Assembly: GCA_963713755.1 (NCBI GenBank)
Contig: CAVQMW010000007.1
Location: 220,465-284,464 of the forward strand
Source of the DNA: an uncultured delta proteobacterium
GTDB lineage: Bacteria > Desulfobacterota > Desulfobacteria > Desulfobacterales > CAVQMW01
DNA length: 64,000 nt
Direction of reading: 5' to 3'
Position 1 is the first letter of the stretch, and every line of letters begins with the position of its first letter. The position numbers and the translations under genes are program-made. Below the pieces are notes generated by a model. The model was given only the letters and a program-made list of their open reading frames with translations, was not told the DNA's origin and did no database searches. This document shows positions 55,022-63,890 of this stretch, piece by piece.

Positions 55022-56050
55022 TCAGGGGGTGCTGAAGAGCTGCACGGAGCTGTCCAGGTGGTGGGTCCGGCCGCCCAGGGTCAGTTCCTGGGGAACCTGA
55101 AACCAGCTGGTCTGGATGCGGGCTGGGCCCAGGGAAGGGTGCTGCTTGAGCAGAGTCGCTTTGAGTTGCAGGGCGCGGGCTTTGGCCAGGGCCGGGTTAT
55201 TTTTCTGGTAGCAGATAATCTGAAGGTTGAGCTCGGGGCCTTGGGAGAGGATGCGCCCCAGGCGATCCAGAGTCTGCCCGCTGACGGAATCGATCTGATC
55301 CGACAGGGGCAAGAACCCCAGGCGCGGCATGGCCAGACGCCGTTTACCAATGCGATAGAGGCGATACTCGAAATCGCCGTGCCGGTTTAAGTGGGCCACA
55401 GCCCGGCGGGCAAACGGCCCGTCGGGATAATAGGCCAGGTAAATCTTCCCGGCCGTGAGGGCCTCGGGGGTGCGTCCGAGGCGATCCAGGGCAAAGGCGC
55501 GGTTGTAGAGCGCCTGGGGATGGGTGGGAAGTTGCGCCAGCCCCCGCTGGTACAGGGATAGCGCCGCCTCATAGCGCCGGGCATTGAGCAGGTTGTGACC
55601 CAGATAGATCAAGGTCAGGGGATGTTGAGGATCCAGTTCGAGACAACGGGTGTAGGTCTGGCGCTCCCGGCGGGGATGGCCGGCGGCTCCTCGGGCCATG
55701 CCCAGCCAGAAACAGAAATCCGCGTTGGCCGGATCCAGCTCAAACGCCTGGGTGAGGTGGTTGCGGCCGGCCTCGATCTGCTCCAGGGCCAGGTGGCAGC
55801 GGCCCAGGTAGTAGTGCAGATCGGCATTGGCGGACTGGCGGTCCGCCTCTGGAGTAAACGCAACGATTCCTTCCTGATATTTGCCTTGGCTCAGATAGTA
55901 TTCGCCCTGGGTTCGAAGAGCCAGATTGGCCATCCGCTGGCCGGCGTTCTGGGTCACAGCGCATCCGGATAGCAGGGCGAGAGCCGCCCACACCAGGCCG
56001 GCAATGAAAAGTTTCAACCGGAATTTTCCGGGATAGCCCATGTGGGTCAC
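55022..56050 (-). CDS. TPR-repeat lipoprotein, paralog of the anti-sigma-like protein
   Basis: The lipobox is ALALLSGC. It has TPR repeats and a C-terminal domain alignable to that of 52971-54224 (YP.GP.A....LN..GDF.YR...SWF.VP). Confidence 0.7.
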   Translation of the reverse strand: MTHMGYPGKFRLKLFIAGLVWAALALLSGCAVTQNAGQRMANLALRTQGEYYLSQGKYQEGIVAFTPEADRQSANADLHYYLGRCHLALEQIEAGRNHLTQAFELDPANADFCFWLGMARGAAGHPRRERQTYTRCLELDPQHPLTLIYLGHNLLNARRYEAALSLYQRGLAQLPTHPQALYNRAFALDRLGRTPEALTAGKIYLAYYPDGPFARRAVAHLNRHGDFEYRLYRIGKRRLAMPRLGFLPLSDQIDSVSGQTLDRLGRILSQGPELNLQIICYQKNNPALAKARALQLKATLLKQHPSLGPARIQTSWFQVPQELTLGGRTHHLDSSVQLFSTP

Positions 56051-56070
56051 ACCTCGCCTCGATGTCGGTC

Positions 56071-56688
56071 CTACACGTGAAGGGGTACAAAGTTAAAACC
56101 GTAGAACTCCTCTTCAACCACCCGGCCGGAAGGATCTTTTAGCACCAGGAAGATGGAGGATTGGACCGGGATCACCAGCCGCCCGCCCAAATCGAGTTGC
56201 GCGATGAGGGGGGCGGGAATGGTGCGGGCGGCCGCGGAGACCAGAATCCGGTCAAACAACTCTCCGGGTTGGCCCACGGTTTTGCCAGCGGGGTCGATCC
56301 GGGCCTGGGGAAAATCAAATTTAGCCAGATTTTCCCGGCCAAAAGAGATCAGATCGGCGACGATCTCCATGCCCTGCACGGTTCCCGTCGGCCCGGCAAT
56401 ATGGGCCAGCAGGGCCGTGGTCCAGCCGGACCCGCAGCCCACATCCAGAATCCGCTGGCCGGTTTGGGGCTGAAGTTTTTCCAGCATGAAGGCCACGGTG
56501 TAGGGCTGGGAAATAGTTTGCCCCTGGCCGATGGAGAGGGGATGGTCGCCGTAGGCCTCCCCCTGGGTGTTGGGCCGCACAAAATGGATGCGATCCACCG
56601 CCTCGAAGGCGGCGGTCAAGGCCGGGGTTTGCAGAACCCCGCGGCGTTTTAAGTGGGCCACCAATTCGGTGTTGTTGCGCATGCCCAA
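56071..56688 (-). CDS. pcm: Protein-L-isoaspartate O-methyltransferase
   Basis: QTISQPYTVAFMLE, and VGCGSGW is the SAM motif. Confidence 0.9.
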   Translation of the reverse strand: MGMRNNTELVAHLKRRGVLQTPALTAAFEAVDRIHFVRPNTQGEAYGDHPLSIGQGQTISQPYTVAFMLEKLQPQTGQRILDVGCGSGWTTALLAHIAGPTGTVQGMEIVADLISFGRENLAKFDFPQARIDPAGKTVGQPGELFDRILVSAAARTIPAPLIAQLDLGGRLVIPVQSSIFLVLKDPSGRVVEEEFYGFNFVPLHV

Positions 56689-56721
56689 ATTCCTTGAAGC
56701 GTCCGTTCCACGGAAGTGGAA

Positions 56722-57153
56722 TCAAGACCCGCCGAGTTGCCCTTTTTTGAGGGCCACGCCCTGGTTGAATTTTTCGGCATTGATGATGAAGCGCTCGTGG
56801 GTGCCGGTGGTGATCTGATCCACACCGTCATGGGCTTTCAGTGAAAAGGTCAGCTTTTTGGCCTCCACCGCCTCCAGCCGTCCTTCGACCCGGATGGTAA
56901 ACCCAGGGGGGGTGGCCGCGCTGTGGCTGATTTGAATACCGATCCCCACACTCTGCTCCCGGGGCCAGTCGATATGGGGGTTGATAAAGCGGATACAGGC
57001 GAACTCCAGCAGGCCCACCAGGTAACCCGTGGCAAACACCTCGGGCATCACGGCACCTTCCTCGATATCCGGATAGAGATGGGGCACGGTTTTGTCCGCG
57101 GGCACCTGATAGGTGAAGTCAAAGGTCATTCCCGGCTGCAGGGACGAGGCCAT
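56722..57153 (-). CDS. Hotdog-fold thioesterase-like protein
   Basis: 143 aa. VFATGYLVGLLEFACI and HSAATPPG resemble FlK/YbgC-like thioesterases. Confidence 0.6.
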   Translation of the reverse strand: MASSLQPGMTFDFTYQVPADKTVPHLYPDIEEGAVMPEVFATGYLVGLLEFACIRFINPHIDWPREQSVGIGIQISHSAATPPGFTIRVEGRLEAVEAKKLTFSLKAHDGVDQITTGTHERFIINAEKFNQGVALKKGQLGGS

Positions 57154-57385
57154 GGCAATTGCTCCTGATTTTAGATGAATTCACTCTTCCGCTGCTCCCG
57201 CGGATCGGAACCGGCGGGACCGAAGCGGCGCACTTTCCGATGACTCCCAATGTAGCGCGACACCCGCGATCAGGCAATATTTTAGAACCAGCGCAGGGTT
57301 AAGTTTCTCCTTGCCGGGCAGGTTATCTAAAGCTAAATTACCCCGCAACGCATTTCAACCCACCCGGCCCCAAGGGAATCACCCC

Positions 57386-59059
57386 ATGACACATCCACCC
57401 CTCAACAGCTGCGTGAGCCCCGAGGGCAAATTCATCTGGGGGCTGCACAGACCCCAGCTGGGGGCCCACAATTTCCGCAATACCGACGTCATCCAACCCC
57501 TGGGGCGCCTGGCCGACGGAACCGTGATCGACAACCGGGTCAACTTCCCCGAAGGCCATCTGCCCCCCCGGAATGCGGATCCTGTGTATGAAATCCCCAA
57601 TCCGTTTCCCTTTCGGGGAAGCACCTTTATCATCAAACCTGAGGCGGACCGGCAGGCGGCCCAGATCTCCGGCATCGCCCTGCCGCCGGCCCCGCAATTT
57701 TCCTTCAGCGACTGGATGACAGATGCCCTGCAGCGCCCCCCCCGGCCCGAGGAGCGCGCCCGTTTTCTGGCCACCCTGCCCGCCCCGTTGCAGCTCACCA
57801 TCGCAAGTTGCTGCAACGATCCAGCGGATCTGAGGGGCCTGGCCCACCTGGCCTGCGAGATCGACATGCAGCCCGGCTCGCGACAGCCCCGGGGAATGGT
57901 CATGCAGCCCGGTCCCGAGGGGGTACCCCGGCCGCTGATCCATCATCCGGAACTATTCAAGGTGCTGGTCAACAACCCCTGGCTTCCCGACGGCTACAAG
58001 GCGGTCATGGTGCTGCGACCCGGAATCCAAGGCAGCAGTCCGGTCGTGGGGGAAAGCGGACGGGCCGGGGGAGAGAGCCATGTCAGCGAATATCTGCGCC
58101 ACAACAGCTACATCCCCTGGGGCCACTATGCCGCCAACATGGCCGCCGATGCCGTCCGCTACCGGATCGACGCCCTGCGCCTGGCCGATCTGGAGGCCAT
58201 GCGTCGGCTCTATTACCAGCGCACCTATGCCCGGCTGGGGGCCGAACTGGGGCTCGAAATTCCAGCCCGCCGGCGACCCTTGACCTCTGGGGAACTGGAG
58301 AACCTGCGCCAGGAAAGCCAGATGGCCATGGAAAAGATGGATGAACCCCAAACCCTGCCCTTCACCGGCACCCTCTGGGGCTGGAACCTGGGATTTGATT
58401 TCAGCCCCAGCGGCTATCGCCTCCACGCCTCCCACCAGCAGATCCACCAGCAGTTCGCCCTGGTGCCGGCAACGGTTCCAAGGGCCGCTCTGCCCCGGAA
58501 CCGCCCCTGGCAGGAAGATACGATCCCCGCTTTTCATTGCGGGCGGTTAATCCAATCCTTCATTGCCGACTATCGCCGGTTGGGGGGACGCCCCTTTTTC
58601 GATGCCTACCTGGAGGCCATTGCCGCCAACCGCCGCACCGACGGCAACCCGGCCGGGCCCTGCTCCCTGGTGGTGTGGGCCACCTCACAGGTCATGCTGC
58701 TGGTGCCCAAGGCCCAAACCTCCCAGTGGGAACTGCAGATCCTAACCCTTCCCCCGGTGGGTAATATCCTGGAAGCCCCTCCCGGGCTGCGCCGGGATCT
58801 GGACCGCGCCTTGTGGATCGCCGTGCGGGTTCTGGCGGCCTTGGGGGCCAAAATGATCACCAGCATCGAATACAGCAAGCCCTTTTGGGGGGGAGAAACC
58901 GACCAGCGTCTGGTTTACGCCCTCATGCCCAAAATGCCCTACTCCCCCGGTTCGTTTACTGAAGCCCAACTGCGCTGGATCAATGGCCACTACCCCGAGG
59001 ATTTCGCCGAAGCGTGCCGGCGGCAGCTGACCCCCGAGCTGACCGCCCCATCGGAATGA
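57386..59059 (+). CDS. Large uncharacterised protein (558 aa)
   Basis: A long ORF with protein-like composition and an ATG preceded by AAGGGA. The only hint to function is a LHASHQQIH element and a C-terminal half reminiscent of GalT/HIT-type nucleotidyl transferases. Confidence 0.6.
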   Translation: MTHPPLNSCVSPEGKFIWGLHRPQLGAHNFRNTDVIQPLGRLADGTVIDNRVNFPEGHLPPRNADPVYEIPNPFPFRGSTFIIKPEADRQAAQISGIALPPAPQFSFSDWMTDALQRPPRPEERARFLATLPAPLQLTIASCCNDPADLRGLAHLACEIDMQPGSRQPRGMVMQPGPEGVPRPLIHHPELFKVLVNNPWLPDGYKAVMVLRPGIQGSSPVVGESGRAGGESHVSEYLRHNSYIPWGHYAANMAADAVRYRIDALRLADLEAMRRLYYQRTYARLGAELGLEIPARRRPLTSGELENLRQESQMAMEKMDEPQTLPFTGTLWGWNLGFDFSPSGYRLHASHQQIHQQFALVPATVPRAALPRNRPWQEDTIPAFHCGRLIQSFIADYRRLGGRPFFDAYLEAIAANRRTDGNPAGPCSLVVWATSQVMLLVPKAQTSQWELQILTLPPVGNILEAPPGLRRDLDRALWIAVRVLAALGAKMITSIEYSKPFWGGETDQRLVYALMPKMPYSPGSFTEAQLRWINGHYPEDFAEACRRQLTPELTAPSE

Positions 59060-59152
59060 CGCCTCGGCAGCAGATCCCAAATCAGCGGAGTTAAAAACTA
59101 TTTCAATGGATTGGCGGTGCTACCAGCGTCCCCCAGCAGGGAGTTGTTGCCC

Positions 59153-59205
59153 GGCCGAAAACTCCCCTCCCCTGGCGGGAGGGGTCGGGGGAGGGGGAAG
59201 AAGAT
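59153..59205. repeat. GC-rich palindromic repeat (family C fragment, inverted)
   Basis: GCCGAAAACTCCCCTCCCCTGGCGGGAGGGGTCGGGGGAGGGGG is the reverse complement of the right half of 34541-34653. Confidence 0.8.
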
Positions 59206-59222
59206 TTCCGTTCAACCCCGAG

Positions 59223-60164
59223 TTACTGCCCGGCGGTTCCCGCCAGCCAGACGACCGCCTCGAGATAGGCGTTCAACCCGCGTTGGAAGATATCGTTGTG
59301 GTTGGCCCCCGGAATCATCAGCAGTTTCTTTTCCCGGGCGGGAGAGGCATCATAGAGGGCCTGGCCGTCGGAAAAGGGGATGATGTGGTCGAACTGGGCA
59401 TGAATGACTAAGGTGGGACCCGGATAGGTTTTGATGTTGGAAATGTTGAAGGCGTCCCAGGCCGGGTCAAATCCAAGGCTCTGGATACGGACCCCCAATA
59501 GCTCCAAAAGGGGCGTAATGGAGGCAAAACCGCTCTCCACGATCAGGCCGGCGATGGCCCCGGCCTGGTCCGCGGCCAGCTTCAGAGCTGAAGCGCTGCC
59601 CAGAGAGCGCCCCATGACGATGATAGGACCGCTGTAGCCAAGGGTTTTCAGCCAGCGGGTGGTGTACTCGAAAACCCCTCCGGCGTCGGCCATCATGGCG
59701 GCCACCGTGGGGCTGCCCGTGGAGCGGCCATAGCCGCGGTAGTCCACCGGCAAAAAATTGATCCCCATGCGAGTGTAGAGCGGCCCCAATTCGTCGTAAT
59801 CGGCCACGATCTCGCCGTTGCCGTGGAAGAAGAGGATCGTGGGACTCGCCTTGCCGGCCGGATGAAAACGCGCCCCCACTTCAACTCCCGGGGCCACGGG
59901 AATTTGGATGGCCTCTCCCGGGCGGTCGGCATCCCCGGCGCCCATTTCCGGACGCGGATGAAAGAGCACCCTCAGCACCTCGGGACGATCCAGCACGCCA
60001 TAGTCGGGTTCGATGGATTGAGCCATGCAAATACCTCCTGTAAGGCCGGCCAAATGCCAGGGCAGTCCAGGGAGCGCCCCTAAGATGGCCGGCATCATCA
60101 ACAGCTGAAACAGCAGGGCGACCTTGGAACCGGGGCGATATGGAGGCAGCCGATTGCAGCCCAT
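59223..60164 (-). CDS. Alpha/beta hydrolase with an N-terminal membrane anchor
   Basis: The nucleophile elbow is GRSLGS, and HGNGE is present. Its ATG directly abuts the upstream stop (TAGATG). Confidence 0.85.
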   Translation of the reverse strand: MGCNRLPPYRPGSKVALLFQLLMMPAILGALPGLPWHLAGLTGGICMAQSIEPDYGVLDRPEVLRVLFHPRPEMGAGDADRPGEAIQIPVAPGVEVGARFHPAGKASPTILFFHGNGEIVADYDELGPLYTRMGINFLPVDYRGYGRSTGSPTVAAMMADAGGVFEYTTRWLKTLGYSGPIIVMGRSLGSASALKLAADQAGAIAGLIVESGFASITPLLELLGVRIQSLGFDPAWDAFNISNIKTYPGPTLVIHAQFDHIIPFSDGQALYDASPAREKKLLMIPGANHNDIFQRGLNAYLEAVVWLAGTAGQ

Positions 60165-60887
60165 CTATCCCCCCTGACGCAGGGTAAGCTCAGCGAAACG
60201 CCGCAGAATCCGGGCGCCCCAAGGGGTCTCCTGGGTTTGGGCCAGCAGTTGCGCCGGGTCCAGGCCCTGACGGGTCAACTCCTGCTGATATTCACGAATA
60301 TAAAAACGCATGGCCTGAGCGCTGAACTCGGGGTGAAACTGAACGCCCCAGGCCCAATCGCCCACCCGGAAGGCCTGGTGGCGGTCGCCGGCGCTGTGGG
60401 CCAGCGGGGTTGCCCCGGGCGGCAGTTCCAACACACTCTGGGTATGGCACACCTGCACGCTGAGGGGATTGGCCAGCTTGCCCAACAGCCGATCGGTCCA
60501 CCCCGCGCCGTTGAGTTCCACGGCCGCGGTGCCGAATTCCATTCCCCGGGGATTGTCCCCCACCTTGCCCCCCAGGGCACTGGCCAAAAGCTGGTGCCCG
60601 TAACAGATGCCCAAGACTGGGACCTTGCGGGCCACACCGTCTGCCAGCCAGGTTTGGGTCCGCCGGCTCCAGGCCGGGTTGTCGGTCACCATGGCATGGG
60701 AGCCGGTCACCACAACCCCCGCCAAGCGTCCCCAGGCAGGCAGGCGCTTCCCCCGCCGGACATCGGCAACCGCTATATTTTCGCGGTCCAGGGCCAGGCC
60801 GTCGGCAATCCAATCTTCAAAATCCCCGCACTGGCCCGCCAAATCTGGAGAGGTATCGCCGGTTTTGATGATGAGCACTTTTTTCAT
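60165..60887 (-). CDS. Class I glutamine amidotransferase-like protein
   Basis: The catalytic Cys is in GICYGHQLLA and the His in QFHPEF. The start may instead be at 60911. Confidence 0.85.
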   Translation of the reverse strand: MKKVLIIKTGDTSPDLAGQCGDFEDWIADGLALDRENIAVADVRRGKRLPAWGRLAGVVVTGSHAMVTDNPAWSRRTQTWLADGVARKVPVLGICYGHQLLASALGGKVGDNPRGMEFGTAAVELNGAGWTDRLLGKLANPLSVQVCHTQSVLELPPGATPLAHSAGDRHQAFRVGDWAWGVQFHPEFSAQAMRFYIREYQQELTRQGLDPAQLLAQTQETPWGARILRRFAELTLRQGG

Positions 60888-60894
60888 AGGCTGT

Positions 60895-61407
60895 TCAGCG
60901 TCGCTGAGCATCGAAGCTCAAGGTCAGGGTGTCCATTTTGGGCACCAGTTGGCGGTAAGCCACGCCGGACTTGTCCAGCATATATTTGGAGGCCTTGACC
61001 ACATCCGTTGCCGCGTATTTATCCGCCAAAAACACCACCTCTTTGATACCGGACTGAATGATCACCTTGGTGCATTCATTGCATGGAAACAGCGCCACGT
61101 AAATGGTGCAATCATTGAGATCCGCCGAGATGCTGTTGAGAATGGCGTTCAACTCGGCGTGGCACACATAGGCATACTTGGTCTCCAGAAAATTGCCGTC
61201 CCGGGCCCAGGGGAATTCATCATCCGAGCAGCCCATGGGCAGGCCGTTATAGCCGACCCCCACGATTTTATTTTGCCGGTTGACAATGCAGGCCCCCACC
61301 TGCGTATTGGGATCCTTGCTGCGCTCGGCCGACAACAGGGAAATCGCCATAAAGTACTCATCCCAGGAGAGGTAGTCGCTGCGTTTGGTGATGGGGTTTA
61401 GGCTCAT
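60895..61407 (-). CDS. dCMP deaminase
   Basis: HAELNAI and PCNECTKVI are the zinc motifs, and WDEYFM is at the N-terminus. I chose the start at MSLNPI. Confidence 0.9.
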   Translation of the reverse strand: MSLNPITKRSDYLSWDEYFMAISLLSAERSKDPNTQVGACIVNRQNKIVGVGYNGLPMGCSDDEFPWARDGNFLETKYAYVCHAELNAILNSISADLNDCTIYVALFPCNECTKVIIQSGIKEVVFLADKYAATDVVKASKYMLDKSGVAYRQLVPKMDTLTLSFDAQRR

Positions 61408-61436
61408 GGGCGGGAGCGGCTCCTTTTTAGATGGCG

Positions 61437-62102
61437 TTACGATCGGGTCTGGGACCCGGGGAGGAACTGGAGGCGGCAAGGCGCGGCGTCCACCCGCGCC
61501 AGCCGTTCCAGCAGGAGGTCCAAATTGCCCACCTCTCCCAGGGTCCGGCCGTGGCGGATCAGCCCCTCCCGGGCCTTGCGTGCCAGTTTGCGGGCAGCCG
61601 AGTCATGGCCGGCGGCCAGATGAATATAAACACCCGCGGCTTGAATTAAAGCCTGCAGGGCCCTGGAACGGGATCCGCGAGAATGATGCCACAGCGCTTC
61701 CAACAGTTCGTGACACTCGAAATAGAGACACAGGTTCCAGGCCATCACGACGCGGGCCAAGGGATCGCTGAGTTGATCTTTCCTGATCTGTTGCCACAAC
61801 GCTTCATAGCGGGCCAGCCGCCGCTCCAGATAGTCCCGACAGGCTGCCGGAGAGGCCAGGGTCCGCCAGCGCTCAATCACGCCGCGAAAAATCTCGGAAT
61901 CGTTGCGCTCCAAGGCCTCGGCCAGGCCTAAAGAGAGGCTGTTGCGAATATCCCGGGAGAGCCGATCCGTAAAGGGATCAAAGCGTCCGTCGACAGGCCG
62001 AGAAGCCATCCCAGCGGCGGTATACTTGGCGAGAATGCGCTCCGCACCGGCGGGCAAATGGGCTGATCGAAGCCCCGGGTTTTCCAGATCATCATCCCCC
62101 AT
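61437..62102 (-). CDS. DUF309-domain protein
   Basis: [17 protein letters not shown]...[14 protein letters not shown] fits the DUF309 helical signature. Confidence 0.65.
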   Translation of the reverse strand: MGDDDLENPGLRSAHLPAGAERILAKYTAAGMASRPVDGRFDPFTDRLSRDIRNSLSLGLAEALERNDSEIFRGVIERWRTLASPAACRDYLERRLARYEALWQQIRKDQLSDPLARVVMAWNLCLYFECHELLEALWHHSRGSRSRALQALIQAAGVYIHLAAGHDSAARKLARKAREGLIRHGRTLGEVGNLDLLLERLARVDAAPCRLQFLPGSQTRS

Positions 62103-62290
62103 GCCGACCCTCCTGATGCAACCCTTCAGTTACTCCAAATTGAGGCCAAAATCACCCCAAAATGGGTGTTAGCGGCCGTTAAAAAGGGGTTTACAAATTT
62201 AGCCTATATTTGATATGTGACTCCTTCTAGACGAAAAGGCCCAAGATTTCAATCATATGCTAAGAATATCCTAACTTCTAAGGGGTGTGT

Positions 62291-63706
62291 ATGGCAAAAG
62301 AAAAGGAACCCAAGAGCACCGGCGCCAAAAAGAAATCCGCCACCAAGAAAAAGGCACCTGCCAAGAAAGCCGCTGCAAAAAAAAAGGGTGCTTCTAAAAA
62401 AACCAGCACCCAATCCCCCGCGAAAAAGAAATCTTCCCCCAACCCCGATCTGAAAGCCGACGAAAAGGCAGCCGCCGAGAAAGCCGCTGCCGAAAAGGCC
62501 GCCCAAGAGAAAACCGCTGCCGAGAAGGCCGCCGCTGAAAAGGCCGCCGCTGAAAAGGCCGCCCAAGAGAAAGCCGAAGCCGAGAAGGCCGCCGCTGAAA
62601 AGGCCGCCCAAGAGAAAGCCGAGGCCGAGAAGGCCGCCGCTGAAAAGGCCGCCCAAGAGAAAGCCGAGGCCGAGAAGGCCGCCGCTGAAAAGGCCGCCCA
62701 AGAGAAAGCCGAGGCCGAGAAGGCCGCCGCTGAAAAGGCCGCCCAAGAGAAAGCCGCTGCCGAGAAGGCCGCCGCTGAAAAGGCCGCCGCTGAAAAGGCC
62801 GCCCAAGAGAAAGCCGAAGCCGAGAAGGCCGCCGCTGAAAAGGCCGCCCAAGAGAAAGCCGAGGCCGAGAAGGCCGCCGCTGAAAAGGCCGCCCAAGAGA
62901 AAGCCGCTGCCGAGAAGGCCGCCCAAGAGAAAGCCGCTGCCGAGAAGGCCGCCCAAGAGAAAGCCGAAGCCGAGAAGGCCGCGGCGGAACAAACCCCGGA
63001 TGTCAGTGTTTCCTACGAACTTCCCCAAACCAAAGAGAGTGAACCTATGAATACACCCATGAAAATCGCCATTGGCGGATTTGTCGGCCTCGTCCTGCTG
63101 GTTGTCCTGGCGAGCTTTTCCAACTCCGGCAATTTCTACCTTCAGCCGGCGGAGGGGGCCCTGGAGATCTGGCAGGGCAAATTTGCACCCTTGGGCCAAG
63201 AGAAGCTCATCGAACTGCCCGGCATCGCGGCACCCGAGCTCATCAAAGAGAGCTACGGCAAAAAAGAGGTCTTCCCCTATGCCTTTAACTACTATCTGGA
63301 CCGCGCCGATCATCTCCTGGACCAATCGGCCACCCCAGATTTCGAGGCGATACAATCGGAATTGGACATGGCCAAACGCTTTGCCGTGAACCGCGACCAG
63401 CACCGGCAAATCAACGCGCGCCTGGACGGGCTGCAAGTCATGACCCTGATGGTCAAGGCCAGCGTGGCCGCAAGCCGGGGGACCCCGGAGAGCCTGGAAA
63501 AAGCCCTGGACTATTATAAAACCGCCGCCTTTGTTACCCGGGACGAAGGATTGGAAGCTCAGATCAAGGAAAAAATGAGCGCCATCAAGGCCGGTTTGGC
63601 CGGGGAAGAGACCCCCGCCCACAGCGCTTCTGCGCCTGCGGTGACGGGTGCGGAAAGCTCAAAACCCAGTGCCAGCGAGGCCCATATCAAATCCGCACAC
63701 GATTAG
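62291..63706 (+). CDS. Repeat-rich single-pass membrane protein (Lys-rich N-terminus, about 35 AEKAA pentads, TM helix, C-terminal domain)
   Basis: The ATG is preceded by AAGGGG. The N-terminus is KKKSATKKKAPAKKAAAKKKGASKK. The TM helix is IAIGGFVGLVLLVVLASF. A strong terminator lies downstream. Confidence 0.75.
   Translation: MAKEKEPKSTGAKKKSATKKKAPAKKAAAKKKGASKKTSTQSPAKKKSSPNPDLKADEKAAAEKAAAEKAAQEKTAAEKAAAEKAAAEKAAQEKAEAEKAAAEKAAQEKAEAEKAAAEKAAQEKAEAEKAAAEKAAQEKAEAEKAAAEKAAQEKAAAEKAAAEKAAAEKAAQEKAEAEKAAAEKAAQEKAEAEKAAAEKAAQEKAAAEKAAQEKAAAEKAAQEKAEAEKAAAEQTPDVSVSYELPQTKESEPMNTPMKIAIGGFVGLVLLVVLASFSNSGNFYLQPAEGALEIWQGKFAPLGQEKLIELPGIAAPELIKESYGKKEVFPYAFNYYLDRADHLLDQSATPDFEAIQSELDMAKRFAVNRDQHRQINARLDGLQVMTLMVKASVAASRGTPESLEKALDYYKTAAFVTRDEGLEAQIKEKMSAIKAGLAGEETPAHSASAPAVTGAESSKPSASEAHIKSAHD
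62461..62988 (+). repeat. Coding tandem repeat, 15-nt unit with 45-nt higher-order periodicity
   Basis: The units GCCGCTGAAAAGGCC, GCCCAAGAGAAAGCC and GAGGCCGAGAAGGCC recur. Several consecutive 45-nt blocks are identical. Confidence 0.9.
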
Positions 63707-63731
63707 ACCCCGTTCAAGTTCTATAAATCGC

Positions 63732-63766
63732 AAAGGCCATGGATTGAGGCGATCCATGGCCTTTTT
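63732..63766 (+). terminator. Rho-independent terminator
   Basis: AAAGGCCATGGAT-tgaggcg-ATCCATGGCCTTT followed by TT. Confidence 0.85.
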
Positions 63767-63890
63767 AGCATTGACATTTTGAAAAGTCTATTGGCGCTCC
63801 CTCGGGCGGCCCACCGTCTTCCCCTATCGGTTTGGGTCCGCTCCGCGGGCGCTTTTAAAGGGCGCCATTTCAATCATACAGGAGCAATTT

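Noticed and set aside
62249-63622. 457-aa minus-strand ORF rich in GGLL/GFLLGG repeats.
   Set aside because: It is the reverse-complement reading of the AEKAA repeat gene. The plus-strand ORF has an RBS, a TM helix, a structured C-terminal domain and a terminator, which the antisense frame lacks.
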